Origin: Lingula anatina | Taxonomy: Eukaryota; Animalia; Brachiopoda | DNA length: 64,000 bases | Direction: 5' to 3' | Assembly (NCBI GenBank): GCA_051362555.1 | Contig: CM120641.1 | Location: 40,616,401 to 40,680,400 of the forward strand | Shown here: piece by piece, positions 51,601 through 64,000 of the stretch | Numbering within the stretch: the first letter of the stretch is position 1 | How the letters are laid out: each line of letters starts with the position of its first letter | The notes under the pieces: generated by a model | Databases searched by the model: none | What the model was told of the DNA's origin: nothing | What the model saw: only the letters and a program-made list of their open reading frames with translations | Made by a program: the position numbers and the translations under genes

Positions 51601-54600
51601 AGCAAAAACTCTGGCCACCCCCCCTCTCTCCAGATCCTGTTTTCAGCTGTGTTTTTGGCTATCTTTAAAGCTGGAATTGGGGGCTTTAATGAAGTGATCC
51701 GGGCGTGTTTCCACATTTTTTATGAATGACAGGTGTGGTAGATTAATTTTCATCACATTTCGGAAAAATTGGTGACGGGTCGTTTTGGGGTGATTTTGAG
51801 TGATTTTCATCAGGTCCGCGTACAGCAGATTTCTTCAATTTTGGCCAAAAAGGGAAGAAATTTTTTTTCTTCATTATAGTGACCGGTAGGTGTGTTGGGT
51901 CATTTGTAGTCAGTATAAAGCACTGGAAGAGTGGTTGTGTCAATATTAAGGAAGAAAAAGAGCAAAAACTCTGGCCACCCCCCCTCTCTCCAGATCCTGT
52001 TTTCAGCTGTGTTTTTGGCTATCTTTAAAGCTGGAATTGGGGGCTTTAATGAAGTGATCCGGGCGTGTTTCCACATTTTTTATGAATGACAGGTGTGGTA
52101 GATTAATTTTCATCATATTTCGGAAAAATTGGTGACGGGTCGTTTTTGGGTGATTTTGAGTGATTTTCATCAGGTCCGCGTACAGCAGATTTCTTCAATT
52201 TTGGCCAAAAAGGGAAGAAATTTTTTTTTCTTCATTATAGTGACCGGTAGGTGTGTTGGGTCATTTGTAGTCAGTATAAAGTGCTGGAAGAGTGGTTGTG
52301 TCAATATTAAGGAAGAAAAAGAGCAAAAACTCTGGCCACCCCCCCTCTCTCCAGATCCTGTTTTCAGCTGTGTTTTTGGCTATCTTTAAAGCTGGAATTG
52401 GGGGCTTTAATGAAGTGATCCGGGCGTGTTTCCACATTTTTTATGAATGACAGGTGTGGTAGATTAATTTTCATCACATTTCTAAAAAAATTGGTGACGG
52501 GTCGTTTTTGGGTGATTTTGAGTGATTTTCATCAGGTCCGCGTACAGCAGATTTCTTCAATTTTGGCCAAAAAGGGAAGAATTTTTTTTTCTTCATTATA
52601 GTGACCGGTAGGTGTGTTGGGTCATTTGTAGTCAGTATAAAGTACTGGAAGAGTGGTTGTGTCAATATTAAGGAAGAAAAAGAGCAAAAACTCTGGCCAC
52701 CCCCCCTCTCTCCAGATCCTGTTTTCAGCTGTGTTTTTGGCTATCTTTAAAGCTGGAATTGGGGGCTTTAATGAAGTGATCCGGGCGTGTTTCCACATTT
52801 TTTATGAATGACAGGTGTGGTAGATTAATTTTCATCACATTTCGGAAAAATTGGTGACGGGTCGTTTTTGGGTGATTTTGAGTGATTTTCATCAGGTCCG
52901 CGTACAGCAGATTTCTTCAATTTTGGCCAAAAAGGGAAGAAATTTTTTTTTCTTCATTATAGTGACCGGTAGGTGTGTTGGGTCATTTGTAGTCAGTATA
53001 AAGTACTGGAAGAGTGGTTGTGTCAATATTAAGGAAGAAAAAGAGCAAAAACTCTGGCCACCCCCCCTCTCTCCAGATCCTGTTTTCAGCTGTGTTTTTG
53101 GCTATCTTTAAAGCTGGAATTGGGGGCTTTAATGAAGTGATCCGGGCGTGTTTCCACATTTTTTATGAATGACAGGTGTGGTAGATTAATTTTCATCACA
53201 TTTCGGAAAAATTGGTGACGGGTCGTTTTTGGGTGATTTTGAGTGATTTTCATCAGGTCCGCGTACAGCAGATTTCTTCAATTTTGGCCAAAAAGGGAAG
53301 AAATTTTTTTTTCTTCATTATAGTGACCGGTAGGTGTGTTGGGTCATTTGTAGTCAGTATAAAGTACTGGAAGAGTGGTTGTGTCAATATTAAGGAAGAA
53401 AAAGAGCAAAAACTCTGGCCACCCCCCCTCTCTCCAGATCCTGTTTTCAGCTGTGTTTTTGGCTATCTTTAAAGCTGGAATTGGGGGCTTTAATGAAGTG
53501 ATCCGGGCGTGTTTCCACATTTTTTTATGAATGACAGGTGTGGTAGATTAATTTTCATCACATTTCGGAAAAATTGGTGACGGGTCGTTTTTGGGTGATT
53601 TTGAGTGATTTTCATCAGGTCCGCGTACAGCAGATTTCTTCAATTTTGGCCAAAAAGGGAAGAAATTTTTTTTTCTTCATTATAGTGACCGGTAGGTGTG
53701 TTGGGTCATTTGTAGTCAGTATAAAGTACTGGAAGAGTGGTTGTGTCAATATTAAGGAAGAAAAAGAGCAAAAACTCTGGCCACCCCCCCTCTCTCCAGA
53801 TCCTGTTTTCAGCTGTGTTTTTGGCTATCTTTAAAGCTGGAATTGGGGGCTTTAATGAAGTGATCCGGGCGTGTTTCCACATTTTTTATGAATGACAGGT
53901 GTGGTAGATTAATTTTCATCACATTTCGGAAAAATTGGTGACGGGTCGTTTTTGGGTGATTTTGAGTGATTTTCATCAGGTCCGCCCGCGTACAGCAGAT
54001 TTCTTCAATTTTGGCCAAAAAGGGAAGAAATTTTTTTTTCTTCATTATAGTGACCGGTAGGTGTGTTGGGTCATTTGTAGTCAGTATAAAGTACTGGAAG
54101 AGTGGTTGTGTCAATATTAAGGAAGAAAAAGAGCAAAAACTCTGGCCACCCCCCCTCTTTCCAGATCCTGTTTTCAGCTGTGTTTTTGGCTATCTTTAAA
54201 GCTGGAATTGGGGGCTTTAATGAAGTGATCCGGGCGTGTTTCCACATTTTTTATGAATGACAGGTGTGGTAGATTAATTTTCATCACATTTCGGAAAAAT
54301 TGGTGACGGGTCGTTTTTGGGTGATTTTGAGTGATTTTCATCAGGTCCGCCCGCGTACAGCAGATTTCTTCAATTTTGGCCAAAAAGGGAAGAAATTTTT
54401 TTTTCTTCATTATAGTGACCGGTAGGTGTGTTGGGTCATTTGTAGTCAGTATAAAGTACTGGAAGAGTGGTTGTGTCAATATTAAGGAAGAAAAAGAGCA
54501 AAAACTCTGGCCACCCCCCCTCTCTCCAGATCCTGTTTTCAGCTGTGTTTTTGGCTATCTTTAAAGCTGGAATTGGGGGCTTTAATGAAGTGATCCGGGC

Positions 54601-57600
54601 GTGTTTCCACATTTTTTATGAATGACAGGTGTGGTAGATTAATTTTCATCATATTTCGGAAAAATTGGTGACGGGTCGTTTTTGGGTGATTTTGAGTGAT
54701 TTTCATCAGGTCCGCGTACAGCAGATTTCTTCAATTTTGGCCAAAAAGGGAAGAAATTTTTTTTTCTTCATTATAGTGACCGGTAGGTGTGTTGGGTCAT
54801 TTGTAGTCAGTATAAAGTACTGGAAGAGTGGTTGTGTCAATATTAAGGAAGAAAAAGAGCAAAAACTCTGGCCACCCCCCCTCTCTCCAGATCCTGTTTT
54901 CAGCTGTGTTTTTGGCTATCTTTAAAGCTGGAATTGGGGGCTTTAATGAAGTGATCTGGGCGTGTTTCCACATTTTTTATGAATGACAGGTGTGGTAGAT
55001 TAATTTTCATCACATTTCTAAAAAAATTGGTGACGGGTCGTTTTTGGGTGATTTTGAGTGATTTTCATCAGGTCCGCATACAGCAGATTTCTTCAATTTT
55101 GGCCAAAAAGGGAAGAATTTTTTTTTTCTTCATTATAGTGACCGGTAGGTGTGTTGGGTCATTTGTAGTCAGTATAAAGTACTGGAAGAGTGGTTGTGTC
55201 AATATTAAGGAAGAAAAAGAGCAAAAACTCTGGCCACCCCCCCTCTCTCCAGATCCTGTTTTCAGCTGTGTTTTTGGCTATCTTTAAAGCTGGAATTGGG
55301 GGCTTTAATGAAGTGATCCGGGCGTGTTTCCACATTTTTTATGAATGACAGGTGTGGTAGATTAATTTTCATCACATTTCGGAAAAATTGGTGACGGGTC
55401 GTTTTTGGGTGATTTTGAGTGATTTTCATCAGGTCCGCGTACAGCAGATTTCTTCAATTTTGGCCAAAAAGGGAAGAAATTTTTTTTTCTTCATTATAGT
55501 GACTGGTAGGTGTGTTGGGTCATTTGTAGTCAGTATAAAGTACTGGAAGAGTGGTTGTGTCAATATTAAGGAAGAAAAAGAGCAAAAACTCTGGCCACCC
55601 CCCCTCTCTCCAGATCCTGTTTTCAGCTGTGTTTTTGGCTATCTTTAAAGCTGGAATTGGGGGCTTTAATGAAGTGATCCGGGCGTGTTTCCACATTTTT
55701 TATGAATGACAGGTGTGGTAGATTAATTTTCATCACATTTCGGAAAAATTGGTGACGGGTCGTTTTTGGGTGATTTTGAGTGATTTTCATCAGGTCCGCG
55801 TACAGCAGATTTCTTCAATTTTGGCCAAAAAGGGAAGAAATTTTTTTTTCTTCATTATAGTGACCGGTAAGTGTGTTGGGTCATTTGTAGTCAGTATAAA
55901 GTACTGGAAGAGTGGTTGTGTCAATATTAAGGAAGAAAAAGAGCAAAAACTCTGGCCACCCCCCCTCTCTCCAGATCCTGTTTTCAGCTGTGTTTTTGGC
56001 TATCTTTAAAGCTGGAATTGGGGGCTTTAATGAAGTGATCCGGGCGTGTTTCCACATTTTTTATGAATGACAGGTGTGGTAGATTAATTTTCATCACATT
56101 TCGGAAAAATTGGTGACGGGTCGTTTTTGGGTGATTTTGAGTGATTTTCATCAGGTCCGCGTACAGCAGATTTCTTCAATTTTGGCCAAAAAGGGAAGAA
56201 ATTTTTTTTCTTCATTATAGTGACCGGTAGGTGTGTTGGGTCATTTGTAGTCAGTATAAAGTACTGGAAGAGTGGTTGTGTCAATATTAAGGAAGAAAAA
56301 GAGCAAAAACTCTGGCCACCCCCCCTCTCTCCAGATCCTGTTTTCAGCTGTGTTTTTGGCTATCTTTAAAGCTGGAATTGGGGGCTTTAATGAAGTGATC
56401 CGGGCGTGTTTCCACATTTTTTATGAATGACAGGTGTGGTAGATTAATTTTCGTCACATTTCGGAAAAATTGGTGACCGGTCGTTTTTGGGTGATTTTGA
56501 GTGATTTTCATCAGGTCCGCGTACAGCAGATTTCTTCAATTTTGGCCAAAAAGGGAAGAAAATTTTTTATCTTCATTATAGTGACCGGTAGGTGTGTTGG
56601 GTCATTTGTAGTCAGTATAAAGCACTGGAAGAGTGGTTGTGTCAATATTAAGGAAGAAAAAGAGCAAAAACTCTGGCCACCCCCCCTCTCTCCAGATCCT
56701 GTTTTCAGCTGTGTTTTTGGCTATCTTTAAAGCTGGAATTGGGGGCTTTAATGAAGTGATCCGGGCGTGTTTCCACATTTTTTATGAATGACAGGTGTGG
56801 TAGATTAATTTTCATCACATTTCGGAAAAATTGGTGACGGGTCGTTTTTGGGTGATTTTGAGTGATTTTCATCAGGTCCGCGTACAGCAGATTTCTTCAA
56901 TTTTGGCCAAAAAGGGAAGAAATTTTTTTTTCTTCATTATAGTGACCGGTAGGTGTGTTGGGTCATTTGTAGTCAGTATAAAGTACTGGAAGAGTGGTTG
57001 TGTCAATATTAAGGAAGAAAAAGAGCAAAAACTCTGGCCACCCCCCCTCTCTCCAGATCCTGTTTTCAGCTGTGTTTTTGGCTATCTTTAAAGCTGGAAT
57101 TGGGGGCTTTAATGAAGTGATCCGGGCGTGTTTCCACATTTTTTATGAATGACAGGTGTGGTAGATTAATTTTCATCACATTTCGGAAAAATTGGTGACG
57201 GGTCGTTTTTGGGTGATTTTGAGTGATTTTCATCAGGTCCGCGTACAGCAGATTTCTTCAATTTTGGCCAAAAAGGGAAGAAATTTTTTTTTCTTCATTA
57301 TAGTGACCGGTAGGTGTGTTGGGTCATTTGTAGTCAGTATAAAGTACTGGAAGAGTGGTTGTGTCAATATTAAGGAAGAAAAAGAGCAAAAACTCTGGCT
57401 ACCCCCCCTCTCTCCAGATCCTGTTTTCAGCTGTGTTTTTGGCTATCTTTAAAGCTGGAATTGGGGGCTTTAATGAAGTGATCCGGGCATGTTTCCACAT
57501 TTTTTATGAATGACAGGTGTGGTAGATTAATTTTCATCACATTTCGGAAAAATTGGTGACGGGTCGTTTTTGGGTGATTTTGAGTGATTTTCATCAGGTG

Positions 57601-60600
57601 CGCGTACAGCAGATTTCTTCAATTTTGGCCAAAAAGGGAAGAAATTTTTTTTTCTTCATTATAGTGACCGGTAGGTGTGTTGGGTCATTTGTAGTCAGTA
57701 TAAAGTACTGGAAGAGTGGTTGTGTCAATATTAAGGAAGAAAAAGAGCAAAAACTCTGGCCACCCCCCCTCTCTCCAGATCCTGTTTTCAGCTGTGTTTT
57801 TGGCTATCTTTAAAGCTGGAATTGGGGGCTTTAATGAAGTGATCCGGGCGTGTTTCCACATTTTTTATGAATGACAGGTGTGGTAGATTAATTTTCATCA
57901 CATTTCGGAAAAATTGGTGACGGGTCGTTTTTGGGTGATTTTGAGTGATTTTCATCAGGTCCGCGTACAGCAGATTTCTTCAATTTTGGCCAAAAAGGGA
58001 AGAAATTTTTTTTTCTTCATTATAGTGACCGGTAGGTGTGTTGGGTCATTTGTAGTCAGTATAAAGTACTGGAAGAGTGGTTGTGTCAATATTAAGGAAG
58101 AAAAAGAGCAAAAACTCTGGCCACCCCCCCTCTCTCCAGATCCTGTTTTCAGCTGTGTTTTTGGCTATCTTTAAAGCTGGAATTGGGGGCTTTAATGAAG
58201 TGATCCGGGCGTGTTTCCACATTTTTTATGAATGACAGGTGTGGTAGATTAATTTTCATCACATTTCGGAAAAATTGGTGACGGGTCGTTTTTGGGTGAT
58301 TTTGAGTGATTTTCATCAGGTCCGCGTACAGCAGATTTCTTCAATTTTGGCCAAAAAGGGAAGAAATTTTTTTTCTTCATTATAGTGACCGGTAGGTGTG
58401 TTGGGTCATTTGTAGTCAGTATAAAGCACTGGAAGAGTGGTTGTGTCAATATTAAGGAAGAAAAAGAGCAAAAACTCTGGCCACCCCCCCTCTCTCCAGA
58501 TCCTGTTTTCAGCTGTGTTTTTGGCTATCTTTAAAGCTGGAATTGGGGGCTTTAATGAAGTGATCCGGGCGTGTTTCCACATTTTTTATGAATGACAGGT
58601 GTGGTAGATTAATTTTCATCACATTTCGGAAAAATTGGTGACGGGTCGTTTTTGGGTGATTTTGAGTGATTTTCATCAGGTCCGCGTACAGCAGATTTCT
58701 TCAATTTTGGCCAAAAAGGGAAGAAATTTTTTTTTCTTCATTATAGTGACCGGTAGGTGTGTTGGGTCATTTGTAGTCAGTATAAAGCACTGGAAGAGTG
58801 GTTGTGTCAATATTAAGGAAGAAAAAGAGCAAAAACTCTGGCCACCCCCCCCTCTCTCCAGATCCTGTTTTCAGCTGTGTTTTTGGCTATCTTTAAAGCT
58901 GGAATTGGGGGCTTTAATGAAGTGATCCGGGCGTGTTTCCACATTTTTTATGAATGACAGGTGTGGTAGATTAATTTTCATCACATTTCGGAAAAATTGG
59001 TGATGGGTCGTTTTTGGGTGATTTTGAGTGATTTTCATCAGGTCCGCGTACAGCAGATTTCTTCAATTTTGGCCAAAAAGGGAAGAAATTTTTTTTTCTT
59101 CATTATAGTGACCGGTAGGTGTGTTGGGTCATTTGTAGTCAGTATAAAGTACTGGAAGAGTGGTTGTGTCAATATTAAGGAAGAAAAAGAGCAAAAACTC
59201 TGGCCACCCCCCCTCTCTCCAGATCCTGTTTTCAGCTGTGTTTTTGGCTATCTTTAAAGCTGGAATTGGGGGCTTTAATGAAGTGATCCGGGCGTGTTTC
59301 CACATTTTTTATGAATGACAGGTGTGGTAGATTAATTTTCATCACATTTCGGAAAAATTGGTGACGGGTCGTTTTTGGGTGATTTTGAGTGATTTTCATC
59401 AGGTGCGCGTACAGCAGATTTCTTCAATTTTGGCCAAAAAGGGAAGAAATTTTTTTTTCTTCATTATAGTGACCGGTAGGTGTGTTGGGTCATTTGTAGT
59501 CAGTATAAAGTACTGGAAGAGTGGTTGTGTCAATATTAAGGAAGAAAAAGAGCAAAAACTCTGGCCACCCCCCCTCTCTCCAGATCCTGTTTTCAGCTGT
59601 GTTTTTGGCTATCTTTAAAGCTGGAATTGGGGGCTTTAATGAAGTGATCCGGGCGTGTTTCCACATTTTTTATGAATGACAGGTGTGGTAGATTAATTTT
59701 CATCACATTTCGGAAAAATTGGTGACGGGTCGTTTTTGGGTGATTTTGAGTGATTTTCATCAGGTCCGCGTACAGCAGATTTCTTCAATTTTGGCCAAAA
59801 AGGGAAAAAATTTTTTTTTCTTCATTATAGTGACCGGTAGGTGTGTTGGGTCATTTGTAGTCAGTATAAAGTACTGGAAGAGTGGTTGTGTCAATATTAA
59901 GGAAGAAAAAGAGCAAAAACTCTGGCCACCCCCCCTCTCTCCAGATCCTGTTTTCAGCTGTGTTTTTGGCTATCTTTAAAGCTGGAATTGGGGGCTTTAA
60001 TGAAGTGATCCGGGCGTGTTTCCACATTTTTTATGAATGACAGGTGTGGTAGATTAATTTTCATCACATTTCGGAAAAATTGGTGACGGGTCGTTTTTGG
60101 GTGATTTTGAGTGATTTTCATCAGGTCCGCGTACAGCAGATTTCTTCAATTTTGGCCAAAAAGGGAAGAAATTTTTTTTTCTTCATTATAGTGACCGGTA
60201 GGTGTGTTGGGTCATTTGTAGTCAGTATAAATTACTGGAAGAGTGGTTGTGTCAATATTAAGGAAGAAAAAGAGCAAAAACTCTGGCCACCCCCCCTCTC
60301 TCCAGATCCTGTTTTCAGCTGTGTTTTTGGCTATCTTTAAAGCTGGAATTGGGGGCTTTAATGAAGTGATCCGGGCGTGTTTCCACATTTTTTATGAATG
60401 ACAGGTGTGGTAGATTAATTTTCATCACATTTCGGAAAAATTGGTGACGGGTCGTTTTTGGGTGATTTTGAGTGATTTTCATCAGGTCCGCGTACAGCAG
60501 ATTTCTTCAATTTTGGCCAAAAAGGGAAGAAATTTTTTTTCTTCATTATAGTGACCGGTAGGTGTGTTGGGTCATTTGTAGTCAGTATAAAGTACTGGAA

Positions 60601-63600
60601 GAGTGGTTGTGTCAATATTAAGGAAGAAAAAGAGCAAAAACTCTGGCCACCCCCCCTCTCTCCAGATCCTGTTTTCAGCTGTGTTTTTGGCTATCTTTAA
60701 AGCTGGAATTGGGGGCTTTAATGAAGTGATCCGGGCGTGTTTCCACATTTTTTATGAATGACAGGTGTGGTAGATTAATTTTCATCACATTTCGGAAAAA
60801 TTGGTGACGGGTCGTTTTTGGGTGATTTTGAGTGATTTTCATCAGGTCCGCGTACAGCAGATTTCTTCAATTTTGGCCAAAAAGGGAAGAAATTTTTTTT
60901 TCTTCATTATAGTGACCGGTAGGTGTGTTGGGTCATTTGTAGTCAGTATAAAGTACTGGAAGAGTGGTTGTGTCAATATTAAGGAAGAAAAAGAGCAAAA
61001 ACTCTGGCCACCCCCCCTCTCTCCAGATCCTGTTTTCAGCTGTATTTTTGGCTATCTTTAAAGCTTGAATTGGGGGCTTTAATGAAGTGATCCGGGCGTG
61101 TTTCCACATTTTTTATGAATGACAGGTGTGGTAGATTAATTTTCATCACATTTCGGAAAAATTGGTGACGGGTCGTTTTTGGGTGATTTTGAGTGATTTT
61201 CATCAGGTCCGCGTACAGCAGATTTCTTCAATTTTGTCCAAAAAGGGAAGAAATTTTTTTTTCTTCATTATAGTGACCGGTAGGTGTGTTGGGTCATTTG
61301 TAGTCAGTATAAAGTACTGGAAGAGTGGTTGTGTCAATATTAAGGAAGAAAAAGAGCAAAAACTCTGGCCACCCCCCCTCTCTCCAGATCCTGTTTTCAG
61401 CTGTGTTTTTGGCTATCTTTAAAGCTGGAATTGGGGGCTTTAATGAAGTGATCCGGGCGTGTTTCCACATTTTTTATGAATGACAGGTGTGGTAGATTAA
61501 TTTTCATCACATTTCGGAAAAATTGGTGACGGGTCGTTTTTGGGTGATTTTGAGTGATTTTCATCAGGTCCGCGTACAGCAGATTTCTTCAATTTTGGCC
61601 AAAAAGGGAAGAAATTTTTTTTTCTTCATTATAGTGACCGGTAGGTGTGTTGGGTCATTTGTAGTCAGTATAAAGTACTGGAAGAGTGGTTGTGTCAATA
61701 TTAAGGAAGAAAAAGAGCAAAAACTCTGGCCACCCCCCCTCTCTCCAGATCCTGTTTTCAGCTGTGTTTTTGGCTATCTTTAAAGCTGGAATTGGGGGCT
61801 TTAATGAAGTGATCCGGGCGTGTTTCCACATTTTTTATGAATGACAGGTGTGGTAGATTAATTTTCATCACATTTCGGAAAAATTGGTGACGGGTCGTTT
61901 TTGGGTGATTTTGAGTGATTTTCATCAGGTCCGCGTACAGCAGATTTCTTCAATTTTGGCCAAAAAGGGAAGAAATTTTTTTTTCTTCATTATAGTGACC
62001 GGTAGGTGTGTTGGGTCATTTGTAGTCAGTATAAAGTACTGGAAGAGTGGTTGTGTCAATATTAAGGAAGAAAAAGAGCAAAAACTCTGGCCACCCCCCC
62101 TCTCTCCAGATCCTGTTTTCAGCTGTGTTTTTGGCTATCTTTAAAGCTGGAATTGGGGGCTTTAATGAAGTGCTCCGGGCGTGTTTCCACATTTTTTATG
62201 AATGACAGGTGTGGTAGATTAATTTTCATCACATTTCGGAAAAATTGGTGACGGGTCGTTTTTGGGTGATTTTGAGTGATTTTCATCAGGTCCGCCCGCG
62301 TACAGCAGATTTCTTCAATTTTGTCCAAAAAGGGAAGAAATTTTTTTTTCTTCATTATAGTGACCGGTAGGTGTGTTGGGTCATTTGTAGTCAGTATAAA
62401 GTACTGGAAGAGTGGTTGTGTCAATATTAAGGAAGAAAAAGAGCAAAAACTCTGGCCACCCCCCCTCTCTCCAGATCCTGTTTTCAGCTGTGTTTTTGGC
62501 TATCTTTAAAGCTGGAATTGGGGGCTTTAATGAAGTGATCCGGGCGTGTTTCCACATTTTTTATGAATGACAGGTGTGGTAGATTAATTTTCATCACATT
62601 TCGGAAAAATTGGTGACGGGTCGTTTTTGGGTGATTTTGAGTGATTTTCATCAGGTCCGCGTACAGCAGATTTCTTCAATTTTGGCCAAAAAGGGAAGAA
62701 ATTTTTTTTTCTTCATTATAGTGACCGGTAGGTGTGTTGGGTCATTTGTAGTCAGTATAAAGTACTGGAAGAGTGGTTGTGTCAATATTAAGGAAGAAAA
62801 AGAGCAAAAACTCTGGCCACCCCCCCTCTCTCCAGATCCTGTTTTCAGCTGTGTTTTTGGCTATCTTTAAAGCTGGAATTGGGGGCTTTAATGAAGTGAT
62901 CCGGGCGTGTTTCCACATTTTTTATGAATGACAGGTGTGGTAGATTAATTTTCATCACATTTCGGAAAAATTGGTGACGGGTCGTTTTTGGGTGATTTTG
63001 AGTGATTTTCATCAGGTCCGCCCGCGTACAGCAGATTTCTTCAATTTTGGCCAAAAAGGGAAGAAATTTTTTTTTCTTCATTATAGTGACCGGTAGGTGT
63101 GTTGGGTCATTTGTAGTCAGTATAAAGTACTGGAAGAGTGGTTGTGTCAATATTAAGGAAGAAAAAGAGCAAAAACTCTGGCCACCCCCCCTCTCTCCAG
63201 ATCCTGTTTTCAGCTGTGTTTTTGGCTATCTTTAAAGCTGGAATTGGGGGCTTTAATGAAGTGATCCGGGCGTGTTTCCACATTTTTTATGAATGACAGG
63301 TGTGGTAGATTAATTTTCATCATATTTCGGAAAAATTGGTGACGGGTCGTTTTTGGGTGATTTTGAGTGATTTTCATCAGGTCCGCGTACAGCAGATTTC
63401 TTCAATTTTGGCCAAAAAGGGAAGAAATTTTTTTTTCTTCATTATAGTGACCGGTAGGTGTGTTGGGTCATTTGTAGTCAGTATAAAGTACTGGAAGAGT
63501 GGTTGTGTCAATATTAAGGAAGAAAAAGAGCAAAAACTCTGGCCACCCCCCCTCTCTCCAGATCCTGTTTTCAGCTGTGTTTTTGGCTATCTTTAAAGCT

Positions 63601-64000
63601 GGAATTGGGGGCTTTAATGAAGTGATCCGGGCGTGTTTCCACATTTTTTATGAATGACAGGTGTGGTAGATTAATTTTCATCACATTTCTAAAAAAATTG
63701 GTGACGGGTCGTTTTTGGGTGATTTTGAGTGATTTTCATCAGGTCCGCGTACAGCAGATTTCTTCAATTTTGGCCAAAAAGGGAAGAAATTTTTTTTTCT
63801 TCATTATAGTGACCGGTAGGTGTGTTGGGTCATTTGTAGTCAGTATAAAGTACTGGAAGAGTGGTTGTGTCAATATTAAGGAAGAAAAAGAGCAAAAACT
63901 CTGGCCACCCCCCCTCTCTCCAGATCCTGTTTTCAGCTGTGTTTTTGGCTATCTTTAAAGCTGGAATTGGGGGCTTTAATGAAGTGCTCCGGGCGTGTTT
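12645..64000. repeat. 361-bp tandem satellite DNA array, about 142 head-to-tail monomers, open at the right edge; candidate (peri)centromeric satellite
   Basis: The same ORF start recurs every 361 bp (range 360-365). Monomers differ by about 0-5 bases and all lie in one orientation, with no insertions seen. The centromeric role is inference only. Confidence 0.99.

Noticed and set aside
12738-63958. About 150 repeated 62-110 aa ORFs (MVTGRFWVILSDF... and others) as a tandem gene family
   Set aside because: The plus-strand ORFs mostly use TTG/GTG starts, the unit length is not a multiple of 3, frameshifting indels are tolerated freely, and no domain is recognisable. They are satellite artefacts.
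12645-64000. CRISPR array, or tandem 5S/tRNA/snRNA/spliced-leader gene cluster
   Set aside because: There are no unique spacers, and I could not recognise 5S, tRNA box A/B or snRNA sequence in the monomer. An Rfam cmscan would settle it.

Overview
Eukaryotic, AT-rich animal DNA; an invertebrate source is an inference from the repeat types and genes. The window has two parts. (1) Bases 1-12644 are a decayed unique flank. It holds spliced, disabled exons of a FAM20C-like secretory kinase (+ strand, about 2709-3281, possibly 4157-4257) and a six-exon decayed DDE transposase (- strand, 9617-11726; Kolobok-type or Mutator-like). It also holds several MITE or foldback elements, a 34-bp G-rich minisatellite, and two diverged inverted copies of an element whose best-conserved core is a Sox-Oct composite motif. 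Neither pseudogene is recognisable from the ORF track; both were found by manual translation. (2) Bases 12645-64000 are about 142 near-identical head-to-tail copies of a 361-bp satellite that runs off the window. The array starts abruptly and shows multi-monomer variant cassettes, regionally layered variants, CpG transitions, internal dyad symmetry and a probable ancestral dimer structure. The roughly 150 ORFs in the array are repeat artefacts. No intact protein-coding gene, RNA gene or CRISPR array is supported. Protein-family assignments rest on recalled motifs, not database searches.
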